A DNA stretch of 64,000 nt from Octopus sinensis (lineage: Eukaryota), in the NCBI RefSeq assembly GCF_006345805.1, contig NC_043003.1, positions 110,856,001-110,920,000 of the forward strand, written 5' to 3'. Position numbers and translations under genes: made by a program. Shown here piece by piece: positions 27,013-39,564 of the stretch. Numbering within the stretch: the first letter of the stretch is position 1; the number at the start of each line of letters is the position of its first letter. The notes beneath the pieces were generated by a model. That model was not told the DNA's origin. It worked only from the letters and a program-made list of their open reading frames with translations, and ran no database searches.

Positions 27013-30000
27013 TGAAACTTGATGGCTATTTCGATGAGATAAAAATTAAGACAAATTTGTGGCTTAAATATTGGAGATTTTTTTATTAGAAAACCAAGAC
27101 AAATATATTACAAGGAATAGTTTCTCCTAAACGTGAGTATATCTACCTACATCAAAGAACTGACAAACGTTTGTTGGTGTATTTGTGATCACGAGGCAAA
27201 TGTACGACCAACATCCGCTGGGTAAGTATATGGTGTGCTTTATCCGGACCTAGTCAATAGTATTTCCCGCGCGTATAGGAAAGTGTTGTGGAGTGAACTG
27301 TCACCCCAGCACATGGCAGCCAGTGGACCGGCGGAGTCTCCTAAACAGATGAGCCAGGAAACAGTTGAGGTCGAACTGTAAGAGCGTTACTCTGGTTATT
27401 GATTCTGCTTTGGTGTATTGGATTGGGATTATCTGAATGGTTACAATACGATAACCAACTCTAGTTACATAGCTTCCTGTTATGCGACTGTATTTGGTGT
27501 TGTAATATAACGTTACAAACAAAAATCATATATCATCATGGGCGGTATAACAGCAAGAATAAGGAATATTTTACATGCATATGCATTTTTTAATATTTTT
27601 TTTTCAGTTATTGTGTTTTGTTGTGTATTTACTTACTTATTCTACGTAAGTACTTGCACTTTATAAATTTCAAATCCTTTTGTTTTTGAAGTAATTATTG
27701 TCGATATGTATTGACCAAAATTTGTTTGGAATAAAATATTGTTCATTACGTTGACTTCACTAATTTTGGTACATTTGTAGAATACCTCCCGAGACACTAG
27801 CTACAATGGATTGCGATTTATTCTTTCATTTCTTTATGCCAAATCCAATTAGCCTTTCATTACACTGGGCCAAGGATAAATTACAAAAGGCTCATACAGA
27901 AAGTATATATGTTAGATTTCCTTTACTGAACCTATTAAAGGGTATCCCAAAGATAGCCTTGATTCCATGAATGAAACAAATTAAATAATATTTTTATATT
28001 TTTTTATATAAATGTAATCATCAACAAAGCAACTGATCGGGAAACTATAATTCACTAAGCCTCATTCCTCGAAAAATGGCTGACTTTGTGCCCATGCTAC
28101 AAACAATTCTATCAGCTAAAGAGTTCAAATTTAATACGCCGGAGATGCTTATATTTCCGTTAGCAGACATAGAATTTACAACAAGGAATCAAGTTCGGTC
28201 CTCTGTTAGCTGTTAGCTCTGACAACCATATAAATATAAATATGTGTGATCATGTGTGTGTGCGTCTGTGTGCGTATATGTGTGTGTGCGTATGAGTGTG
28301 TGTGTGTGTCTGCAAATGCACTGGCAGTCAACTTTCAAATTTATAAACTTAGGCAGAGACAAAACTGAAATATGAGCATTCATATTTTTACATTATTTTA
28401 AAACTGCTTCGTATGTGCTGACAACTTTTGCATAACAAATTGTAAATAGTGAGGTAATGATAAACATTTATTATTCATATTCAGCATAATACATAAAACA
28501 TTAGATTATAGAATAATAGAAAAATGAAGCATTTTAAATCTATACTTACTCTTTCAGAGCAGTAAAATGTACTTTAAGGTTTTCTAGTGATAATACTTTT
28601 GTTTTGCGAGATTTATTTATTTTTATATTAGCCCTGGGGCGACTGTAAATATTATTTTAAACCTTAGTGCCTTCCTTTTATTTTCTTCCACCTGTATATT
28701 AATCTCCATTAATATGTGTTGCCATGAAATATTCAGCATATATTGCGTATATTTTTAATCGATTGCTTTCAGAAATATTCCATTTATTATGTACATAAAA
28801 TGAGTAGTTTCAATGGATAAAAATGAGATACATTTCGGTTTTTAATTCTATTACAGAAGGCACATCTCAAATGGACAAAATACCCTCCGAGTATTCGCAG
28901 ATTCCAATCCCGAAACTGTGACAACAGAATATTTCTCAGTGAATGTCCACTAGACAATTATCATAATGAATTGAAAAGAAGTGATACAGTGATACATGTG
29001 ACAGTTCTAACTTTAAAGGAATTCCAGGCATCGGGCATTTCTCTCTGTGAAGTGATTTATAATTCTGTTCTGTCCAACTAAAAGCTTCATCAATTTATTA
29101 TTTATAAACCTAAAAGAACAAACGAGACCAAATGTTCAAATTTTTCCACGGCATCTAAAGTTAAATCTGTCCTTATTAATATATTTAACCTCTCTCAGAT
29201 ATAATGCATTGTGGTTAAACTGTATTATTTTCGGTACTAGGAAGCGGGTAGAATCACCTAAACTTACGCTTGTTTATAAAATTAATTAATTGCGACTCTG
29301 GTTCATCAACTGAATTTATAAAACACTTTTTTGTCTTTTGTCGGTGTGTTTGCGTAGGCATTCTTGAACAATGTTTACTGATCCATAATATGAGTGTCGT
29401 TTCAACTTACTAAAATCATCGTGGTAGTCACTTTACATATATTAGCTGAATTAACTTAAATAACTTCATTAACTATTAATTAATATCGAGTGGAAAGTGC
29501 AGAACAGTAGAGAATAACACATTGGAAAGAGTCTAATCAAATATCCTATTCTAATTATAGAGTCAAGATCTTCTAATGAAATACAAACTAAAACAGTCGA
29601 ATTACCAATTTTTTAACATTAGTTAAAGCCAGGTCACTGTGCAAACACCATAAAGTCCCCGGGGAATTCACAAACACACTCGCAGTATGGTCAAATATGA
29701 GTTGGATAGGGGACCTGGCAGTGGCAATTATATAATCCTAGAATGAAAGTGTCAGTATATGTGATTAGGTGTAGCCCTCGTTAATTTTAGCAGCACTTCC
29801 ATTTCTGTGATAATTTCATTTCTTGGAAATTGATAAATTAGGAAGTCACTGTGTCAAAGGAGTAAAATGACTCCCATAAATAGAACGCGTTCAGCTTAGA
29901 GAAAAAAAAGAAACTGCGAGTGATCCTTAGGGAGGGAGAGAGAAGGTGAGAGGAAGAGGGAGGAAGTGGGAAGGACAGAGAGAGGAGAAGGGCGGAATAT

Positions 30001-30194
30001 AGAGAAATTCGTTGATTATGAATAACAGTGATATGGCCAAACGAAATACCTCAGGGAAACATTGTTTTAAATCAATTGTTTTACTATTATAAACACAAAT
30101 ATACTGTTTTTGTTTCGTTTTGTGATTTAGTTCGTTATTTGATTTAATTGATATATGATATTCCATTACTGAATTTGTTTTGCTGCTTTAACAG

Positions 30195-30898
30195 TTAAGA
30201 ACTTTCCGGTCCAGAGAACAAGGTGTCATCATACCACTTTTTTCCTCCTTTGTACGGCCACACCTTGAATACTGCTGCCCACTGTGGTCTCCTCACACAA
30301 GACAAAACATCTCCAGAATTGAGTCACCCCAGAGGGCTCTCACTAAACAAATTTAAGGCATGGCTGCTCTCGATTATTTAACAAATTTAAGGCATGGCTT
30401 ACTCCCTCCAGCGTCGCCGTGAGCGGTACATCATTTGTACGATGTGGAAAATATACCGCCAACTTTGCCCAAACGACCTAAACATTAGCTTCAAGGTTCA
30501 TCCAAGACTTGGACCACGGGCTATATTTCCCCTGCCAAATTCAAGATCACAACATACATGTACACTGCAACATAATTTCTTTTCCTCAACAGGCCCCGCC
30601 CTATTTAACATTGTCCCGAGGGAGATCAAAGAGGAAAAGGATCCCGTCAACTTTAAACAGAGTCTGGATAGATTCCTTCAAAGAATACCAGATAAGCCAC
30701 CCATAATTGGATCCAACTCACCCAACAAGAACTCACTACTTGAACAAAACTGGATACAACTCACCCAACAAGAACTCACTACTTGAACAAAACTTGACTT
30801 AAACAGGATTCGAATAATCCTATCAGGTGGTGCTATTAAGTTAGACATGGCCTGGACCAATCTCTGGTCGAAACATATCTAAGTTTATCTAAGTTTAT
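30195..30898 (+). mobile_element. 3'-terminal fragment of a CR1-group LINE
   Basis: LRTFRSREQGVIIPLFSSFVRPHLEYCCPLWSPH..IESPQR; YSLQRRRERYIIC; GPALFNIVP; FKQSLDRFLQRIPDKP. Ends in the short tandem tail (atctaagttt)2. Confidence 0.85.
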
Positions 30899-32296
30899 AT
30901 GTTTAACCTGACACTGTTATATTGTTGGCGAGGTACAAGAAATGCTGGTTTACATCAGAATTTCTTATCTCATCACACACATTTTAAACACGTTTCTCTA
31001 TGATTCCAAATGCTGCAAATGATTATATTAGGTAATGCAAAATAACATTTCTACTGTCAATCATGTCAGTGTGTTTCTGTGTTGGAGCTGTGTTGAAAAC
31101 TGATGATAGTCATTAAATCTACTTTAATAATAATGGTTTCAAATCCTTGATACAAAACCAGCAAATTCGTCGCAGCGCGTAAATCGATTATATCGGTGTC
31201 TAGGGCATTTCACATTTAACGATTCTAACAGCTCGCCGCCTTGTTGATTACAGCGATAATAATAATTAGACTGTATCCAATGAACATGAAATTCTTAAAT
31301 AGAGAAGAGCTATAGCTAGAATTGGAATCGTTCAAGTTATATCAACACCTTCCGGGGTTTTATATTTATCGATTCTTCACTTAGTGACCAGCTGTTACAG
31401 TTTTACGAAAACACGATAAAAGAAGAACTAAGACGCAATGTAACAGAGAGAAGAAGCAGACCCTTTATAGTGTTATCATGTACTCTGCAAAAATTATTTA
31501 AAAAGAATAATGCAATGACGACTATAGAAGTGTGTGGACAAGCAACCCACGTATAAATTGTAAAGACATAAATATAATGTGGCACAAAATATTAAGGGAA
31601 GTGCATTATAGTGTCACCAGCACAACCTAAACCAGAACAGTGACACTTAGAATATATTTAAGGTTCAGTGAACACTGGTGTGAATAGACCGAGAGTAAAT
31701 AAGTATCGGAAGTGAATCGATACCCGCAGAGCATCAATGAAACTATAGAAAGAAAATTTAGCTCACATTGAACAACACAAGATATTATAACAGTACATAA
31801 ATTCAATCCTATCCTAACAATACGTAAATGGCACAACAAGAAAAAAATCAACAAAAAATAACGAAATAAAACAATGGGAGTACAAAAAGATTTTGAAAAT
31901 CTAAAATCAAGTAAACACACAGTTTTTTCTGAGGTAGGCACCAGCAAACACAACTGCATCACAAAGGGAAAATAAAAGAGAAGAGCGCAGTGTAAAGAGA
32001 AGATAAACGCATAAAAATCACTGGAGTGGTTAGTAACCAAGATGTAACCTGACAGCATAACATTCAAATGTAAATCAGTCGCAGAAATTGAAAATATTGA
32101 CAGGGTCATGGTTGTTTGCTGATAAAAATTCTGATAATAGAAATAAACGACAACCGCACAGTTTGACATTTATCTATCATGATATTTGATAGATTATGGT
32201 ACATATATATACGTATATATATATATATATATATATATATCGTTTATAGAAATACATAAATCCGGGGGAGAAGCACACTCTGAGATGTAGAGTAAT

Positions 32297-32354
<58 letters not shown>

Positions 32355-32535
32355 GATGCATTTATGTAACGATGTATATTTGTGCATATGTGTTTAGGTG
32401 TGCGTATGTGGGCGTCTGTGTGTGTGTATGTAAGTATTTGGATACGTGTATGTGTAGAGATATATATACTTATACATATATATGTATATATGTATGTATA
32501 TATATGCATTTATATAAATATATATGCTTATATAT

Positions 32536-32612
<77 letters not shown>

Positions 32613-34619
32613 AATATATGTGTGTGTGTGTATGTGTGTGTGTGTGTTTGTGTGAATTCGTATCATGCTCGTGGTGAGCAATGTGAGTGGTTGAATTCGA
32701 AACTGCACGAAAGCAGGCAATCCTAGGCTATAAATGTAACCTACTTGAGAGATATTTTTATTGCTTGTCATTCAGTTGTCTGCTGAATCGTGCGAAACTC
32801 TTATGCAATTATACACGTGAGCTGAAACGTAACTACTCCTTACTTCAGATATCATACATCAATGAACATTGACTGAAAAGAGCTAATGAGGTGGGCATCC
32901 GAAAGATTTTTCCATAAAGTACGCTCCCATACATACATACATACATACATGCATACACACAGGCATGCATACACACATGCTACATACGTACATACGTACA
33001 TGGATGGTTACCTATAAACCCACGCGCGCACATAGTTATATATATATATATATATATGTATATATGCGTGTGAGAGAGAAGGAGATAGAGGGAGATAACT
33101 AGAGTAACAAAAGAAAGAATGAAGAAAGAAAGAAAGAAAGAATGAAAGAAAGAAAGAAAGAAAGAAGTAGTCATTCTTTTAAATTTCCAAGTAGAACGTA
33201 CTCAGTATCGTGAATTGTGAGTCCATATTAAATTTTATTATATTTGAAGAGTGCGCATATCACAAGGCTCCAAAGGAAACATCTTTATATACAAAATAAT
33301 TATCAAGTGGATATGAAATCTATATACGGATTGTTTTATAAGAATCATTTAAGAGTCTTGTATAAAGCCGTGCGTTGCTCACCTTTAGACATCATGAACT
33401 ATTTTAGAGAAAAATTCCGATTAATGGCATTAAGAATATGCTAACACAGAACTTATATATACGATAGTATTCCTTCAACAAGTGACATCATTCATTACAT
33501 ATGTAAAATTACTATATTTAAAGCAGGAATTTATAGTTTAGTATACTTTTTATATCTTCTAAATTCATTATATTTTATGTATTAAAGTACGTAAATTATG
33601 TATTGGTATGTCTATCAGTAAATTGTAAAAGATTTCTAGTAACATAATTATATCGATAAATGTTAATTTTATGCAAATGGATTTCAGCCAAATAATATAA
33701 TACTTGGAAAATGGATCATTAGGGTACGGATGGAGAGCGCTAAGCAGTGATGTGTATAGATGTAATGTTATTACCAGTTTAAATATGCTTGTGGCAGGTC
33801 CGAACTCGTAAAGAGGCCATCAGTTGTGTTTTGTCTCGGAGAAAATTTCTCGTTCTAGACAAATGGTGTAAATATACCTAAATCAGCTCGCAGTGTCGCC
33901 TATCCAGTCTGGGAGATGGATGTATACGGGAGTTGTTATCTCCTCTCCAGTCACAGAAACCGGCCGAGGGTGCTTCGAGCTTGTGTTATCTCAGTCATCG
34001 TACAATGAGTGCCAGCGGCCCACTGTAAACAAATTATGCGGTATGAGCTCTAAGCATTGATCCCTATAAGTGCGATGTCTGTAACTACATTCACTACAAA
34101 CCAGTAGATTATAAACAATACCAGCTATTCATCTTAGGGCATACCAAACACAAAACACATTTAATCTACCAAGAGAAATCTTCACAATTGTTTCAATAGT
34201 TGAAACTCGTACTAAAAGTTCAAAGTGATTAAAACAACAATTACTCGAAAACTAGAATCCATCAGTGTTATTAAACAACGGCTTAAAACGTGTCAAAGCA
34301 ATTGCTATTCAATAACTACGAAAGTACACATCAGATACACCCAATACTCTATATGTTATTATTACAAACTACAACGCCCAAAACGTAGAGGTTTACAATA
34401 TTATCCAACCGAAAATTTCATTACTGTGACAAGACCCAAGAATGAAAAAAGCATACGAAATATTTAAAATAATCAAATGCAGACATCAATGAAAATCTCC
34501 AAAACTAACTACTCCCCAGCGATAAATAATTCTCCACATGTACCACGCAAAAGTCAAAAGATGTGACTGTCCTGATTACAGAGTCTACGTTGACTTCATT
34601 GAAGACATAAAAATCAGGA

Positions 34620-35510
34620 CAGGTTTTTACCATATGAAATCATTTTGGTATTTTAGAAGTTATTTCGTGTTAAATTTGTCGTATTTGGGTAATTTCAGCC
34701 AATCGACGACGTGTATTCAATTGAAGAGAGTTTCCGGGTCATCTCTATTAAATTTCACCACTCTGTTCTATTTTATTTTTTATTCATTGCCTCTGTTGCA
34801 TATTACACGCTTTTTAGTGGGGTTCTCGCATCAGAGTAACCAGTAAACATGGAGGAATCAACATCAAGAAGGAAGAAATATCAGTTGCGGGTATTTATTC
34901 GTTTGTCCGGAATCGGTGTTTTATCCACACATAAAGCGCACCGGTGTGTTAAAGACCTATAGAGTTACGAGACCGTAACAGGCTTTTTTTTGTTGTTGAC
35001 GTGTTTGTAGTTCCAAAATGCCTTATTTTACAAATTTGTCATGTAATATTATTGTCATAATTTAATTTTTCTATAATCAACGACAAACACATTTCATCAA
35101 TACAAAAGTCTTTATTAGATTAAAAATAACATTATGAAAATACGAAGTTAAATCAAAACAAACAGCGGCTTATACACCGGAAAATAGGGCAGTTGTAGTG
35201 GCAGTGACAAGTTTGTTCACTGGTTCTCAGATCATACTGTAGAAGAGAGGGAAAGAGTAAAGAATGCACTGTGCTGAGTAGAAAGGAAGAAAGGATAAAG
35301 GTGGCATCGTCTTGGCACGACATACAAATGGAACAGAGTGGGGATATTTTGTAGAGATGACCCGGACGTTCTTCCGCTTCGATTACTAACGCAAACTGCA
35401 GTAGCTTTCTTCAAATGAATAAACGTCGTTAATCGTTTTAAATTACCGAAATACGACAAATTTAACATGAAGTAACTTCCAAAATACCAAATTATGTGAG
35501 AAATGTTCAA
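34620..35510. mobile_element. Non-autonomous DNA transposon with ~130-160-bp diverged terminal inverted repeats
   Basis: 34640-34770 (tttggtattttagaagttatttcgtgttaaatttgtcgtattt..ccgggtcatctcta..cactctgttc) is the reverse complement of 35329-35495. Confidence 0.7.
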
Positions 35511-36004
35511 AGTGAATCGTGTTCTGAGTGAGGCATTCCACCAGTATACGAAGTTTCAAACTGTTTAGTTAAAAAATTAATTTAAAAATCTATGCGCCAA
35601 ACTGAACAGATCCGCGAAAACGATATTCGTTTCACAACGTGTAACATACGTAAAACCAGCTTAGCTAACCTCCACGTTATATTACCATTACGTTCCTTAC
35701 ATTGTTGCGTGGAGATGAACAAAGGATTTACCAAATATCCATAGCACGAATGAAACTAGTAGATAATGGGTCGGTGGCACTAGAAATAAACAAATTGTGT
35801 GTCTGTGCTTATGAATGAGACTAAGGGTAAGCGATTTTAAGATGGGGCAATAAAATTCCTTTAAACCTTGTTGTTGTGGACAGAGAAGAGAAAAACTGAT
35901 AGCGGGTAAAGATGAGTATATATTCTAGATAACTATTACCGATAAACTACTGGAATGACTTAATGAAGGTGTAATAAGCTGCCTAAGAAACTTTAGACAC
36001 CATG

Positions 36005-36120
36005 TGCAAACTTTTGCCGAACCGCTAAATTACGGAGACGTAAGCACACCAACATCGGTTGTCAAGCGATGGTGGGCGGACAGACAGACACAGACACACA
36101 AACATACATACATAAAACAT
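36005..36120 (-). mobile_element. 3' half of the SINE split by the PLE; its 5' half is at 39562-39650
   Basis: Both halves are colinear with the intact minus-strand copy at 46855-47216. Confidence 0.7.
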
Positions 36121-36138
36121 ATATATATATATATATAC

Positions 36139-39100
36139 GCGAGAAAGAAGCAACAAGAATGGATAGGTTTTTAGTACAATCGTTTCATACAAGGACAGGC
36201 TTTATTAAAAGTTGCAAAAATTACAGCATATAAACGTGTCCCGTACTCATCAGCTAAAATACATGTGAGTTCTCTAGACATCCTAGTGGTTGAGGCTATA
36301 CTCATGAAGTAATGTAGATAATTAAGTAACATAAACAGATTTCCAAAGTTCATTAAAGTTCTTTAAAGATGATGTACAGTCTTATCACAGAATTTTAAAA
36401 AATTTTAATAGCATCACAGAGAAGGTGACCTAATCCATAGTGCACATATGAATTTCCAGAGATATGAGGAGGGATTACATACTCACAGTGGACAAATTTA
36501 TCCATTGTTAATCACAACGAGGTGGGTCTCAATTCCTGCTTATTAGCATTACAGAGAGGGTGAATTAATCCTTTGTATAGATGCACAATTTCCAATGGTG
36601 TAGATGTAAATTTCCAGAGAAATGAAGAGGAATTTCATATTCACAGGCGATAAATTTATCAATGGTTGAACACAATGAGGTAGGTATCAATTCTTGTTAT
36701 ATGATTAGGTATTTGCCACATTAATCACATTACTGCTATTTACAAGAGGCTGTAGCTATTTAACTTTTAAAGGCTGAAGGGCTTTCTAGAGAGGCAAAGA
36801 ACAGAAAAGGGAAGGGAAGAGAAGAAAAGAGAGAAAATAAAGGAGGAGGGAGCAAAAAAAGGGGGGAGGGGGACTAAAAGAGAAGAGAAAAGGAAAAAGA
36901 GAATAAGAAGAAAAAGAAAAAAGTGAAAAGAGAAAGAAATAGGGAAAGAATGGAAAAAAGAAAAAGAAAAAAAGAGGGTTCTAGTTATACAGAAGAATTA
37001 GTAGACGGCAAGTCTGGTTTTAATTTACAGGCATCTAGGAACTAGAGGAGAATATTATTCTTTGACCAGTAAAACAGCTAATTTATTGCTGTTGAAATCA
37101 GCTATGAATTTAAAGAGAATCTAAAGAGATAACACGGTCAGGGGTTTAGGGGTCAGAGGCTAAAATCAAAAGAAAATACATTAGGAAAATCTCAGTATAA
37201 TCTTATCAAAAAGTCATTAAAATTTATTTATTTAATTATTCATTTTATTGTCTTAAGGAGTTGCCGTTATTATCCATACATTGACGGACTACAGGTCAAA
37301 TCTTAGAAGATCATTTACAAGGTGTTAGGGAATTGTCTATCATAATGAAGATAATCATATTATCACCGAGGGAGTAGCCTTATTTATTTAATTTTGAAAT
37401 AGAATTATGGGGCTTTAGTAACTCATTTTATTTTATTAAAGTTATGCTACTTAAATTAGATTAAGTTAAGAATTAAAATTTAAAATTACAATTAAGATTT
37501 AAAATTAAGATTTAAAATTATGAGTTTGAAATTAAATAAAGCCTCAATTAAGCAGCGTATAAGTACTATTCATTTCCCTGTTCTCAAAAAACTGATGCAG
37601 ATATAAGGAAAAAGATACCTGTAGTGTGAGAACTCTTAGTTATCTACTTAAAGCAGTGCTATACTAGTAAAAATCAAGTTATATCTATCTATCTATCTAG
37701 TTACGAATATTCTAATCATTTAAAATATTTTAAAGTCTTCAATTTAGCGTGGACACAAACTTGACCTAGTTCGATATGGTTATTCAATAAGTTTCTGTTT
37801 TCTATGCTTTAGAATTTCATACGTCTCCATGGAGCATAGTTGGCAACCAACCCTACTATTTTTATACGGAATTGCTCTCCTAACTGTTTCCCAATTAAGG
37901 TTATAATTATTATTATTATTTTTGAGTTCCCAAATTTTGTTTGAAAGTGTGGTGGTACCAGCTTTATGACGTAATTTAAAAGACGAGATGTGATTTCTTA
38001 CTCTGGCTAGAAAATTAATTGTACATCCAATGTAAAAATATTTGTTATTATCCGTGGATATGGTACATTTATAGATTACATTATTTTCCCCGCATAGACC
38101 AGGTGCCGGGCATTTTGATTTTATTCTACACTTACACACAGGAGGAACAACTTCAGGTTTTGGATTATTCTTGGGTAGATGTCTTAGGTTCCTATTATTT
38201 TGATTATCATGAGTATAATGTCCTTATTGTTATTAATATTTCTATAGTTGGTGCTGATATCTAAAGTATTGCTATTATTTATTGATCCTTCTGTTTCATC
38301 ATTTAGGTCTAAAGTCCTACCATGATTTCTTATATTATTGGTAATGTTACTATTATTGTTAGTCTTTTTATCCGACTGCATATTGTTGTTATAGATATCA
38401 CTGATATTTTCATTCTCCTTATTTTCTCCATTAGCCTTATTTCTATTATTTCTATTATTAACATTATTACTTCTATTAATATCGGCATTGTTATTATTAC
38501 TGTTAATGTTAATGTTATTAATCATTCTGTGGTTACTAATTTCACCTATGTTTTGATAGTTACTATTGCTGTTTTTATTGTTGGTAGTATTATTATAATT
38601 GCTATTGGTATTCATGCTGATATTATTATTTTTATTTCTATCTTTCCTGGCTAGTTTAATGTTGTTATTATTAATCTTAGCTATTAAAGTGGACATATTT
38701 GGGAGGGTTGAATAAGAAATCCTAACTGTTTTCCTAGAAATAATTCTATGATATCTATGAGAGATAGGGAAATTTTTTCCAGAATTACTTTGAATTTGTT
38801 CTGTATATCCGATTGTATCGCACAGTTGAAAGGAATATTCAGCCATAATATATCTTTTTTATTAAATTTAGGGTTCGTAGAATTATTACTATTCATCTCA
38901 CCGGAGTTATTGTATTTATTACCATTATTTTTATTTTTATTTGTGTGCATATTAGGTTTATCTACTTCGATATTATCCGAGTTACCTATGTTCTGGTCAA
39001 TGCTTCTATTTGAATTGTTGGGCCTGTACGTTAGATTAGCGTTTACCGTTAATTTAATTCTACTTTTATTTCGGGCTTGGTCTGTATTGCTGCTTACGTG

Positions 39101-39512
39101 ATTACTGATAACTTCTTTATTAGGAATACGTGAGTTCTCCTTATCAACGAATGTAATCTTTTGGTTGTATCCAGCCTTAGTTAACGCCGCATTATAATGC
39201 TCAGAATGGGAGTTAAATATATCCTTATTGGATGATAATTTTGAAATTCTTAATGAAATATTTCTTACTAAAGATTCAATTATATTTGGGGGATGATTTG
39301 ATAATTTATATGCTGTAATTTTTGCAACTTTTAATAAAGCCTGTCCTTGTATGAAACGATTATACTAAAAACCTATCCATTCTTGTTGCTTCTTTCTCGC
39401 TTATAATCACCCCACATTACTGTATTGTTAAAACAGTATAGTTTTTTTTGGTGCATCTAAGTTAGGTACCATGTTCAAGTAAATTCATTTAAATTAACTT
39501 GAATCTTTATTG

Positions 39513-39516
<4 letters not shown>
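36139..39516 (-). mobile_element. 5'-truncated Penelope-like element (Naiad-type) with an inverted pLTR, inserted in the (TA)n of a SINE
   Basis: Inverted 96-bp arms at 36139-36234 and 39305-39400 (one mismatch seen), TA tracts on both sides, and RT-thumb plus GIY-YIG coding on the minus strand. Confidence 0.9.
37760..39301 (-). pseudogene. Frameshifted PLE ORF: RT C-terminus/thumb plus GIY-YIG endonuclease
   Basis: SNHPPNIIESLVRNISLRISKLSSN..YNAALTKAGY; ILWLNIPFN..NFPISHRYHRIISRKTVRISYSTLPNM; CKCRIKSKCP (CxCx5C)..VIYKC..YIGCT..R..H..SF..LSNKIWELK..CQLC..E. Confidence 0.9.

Positions 39517-39564
<48 letters not shown>

Noticed and set aside
31420-32170. Possible further PLE relic (NRYPQSINETIERK; ITGVV)
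   Set aside because: Too degraded to support a call.
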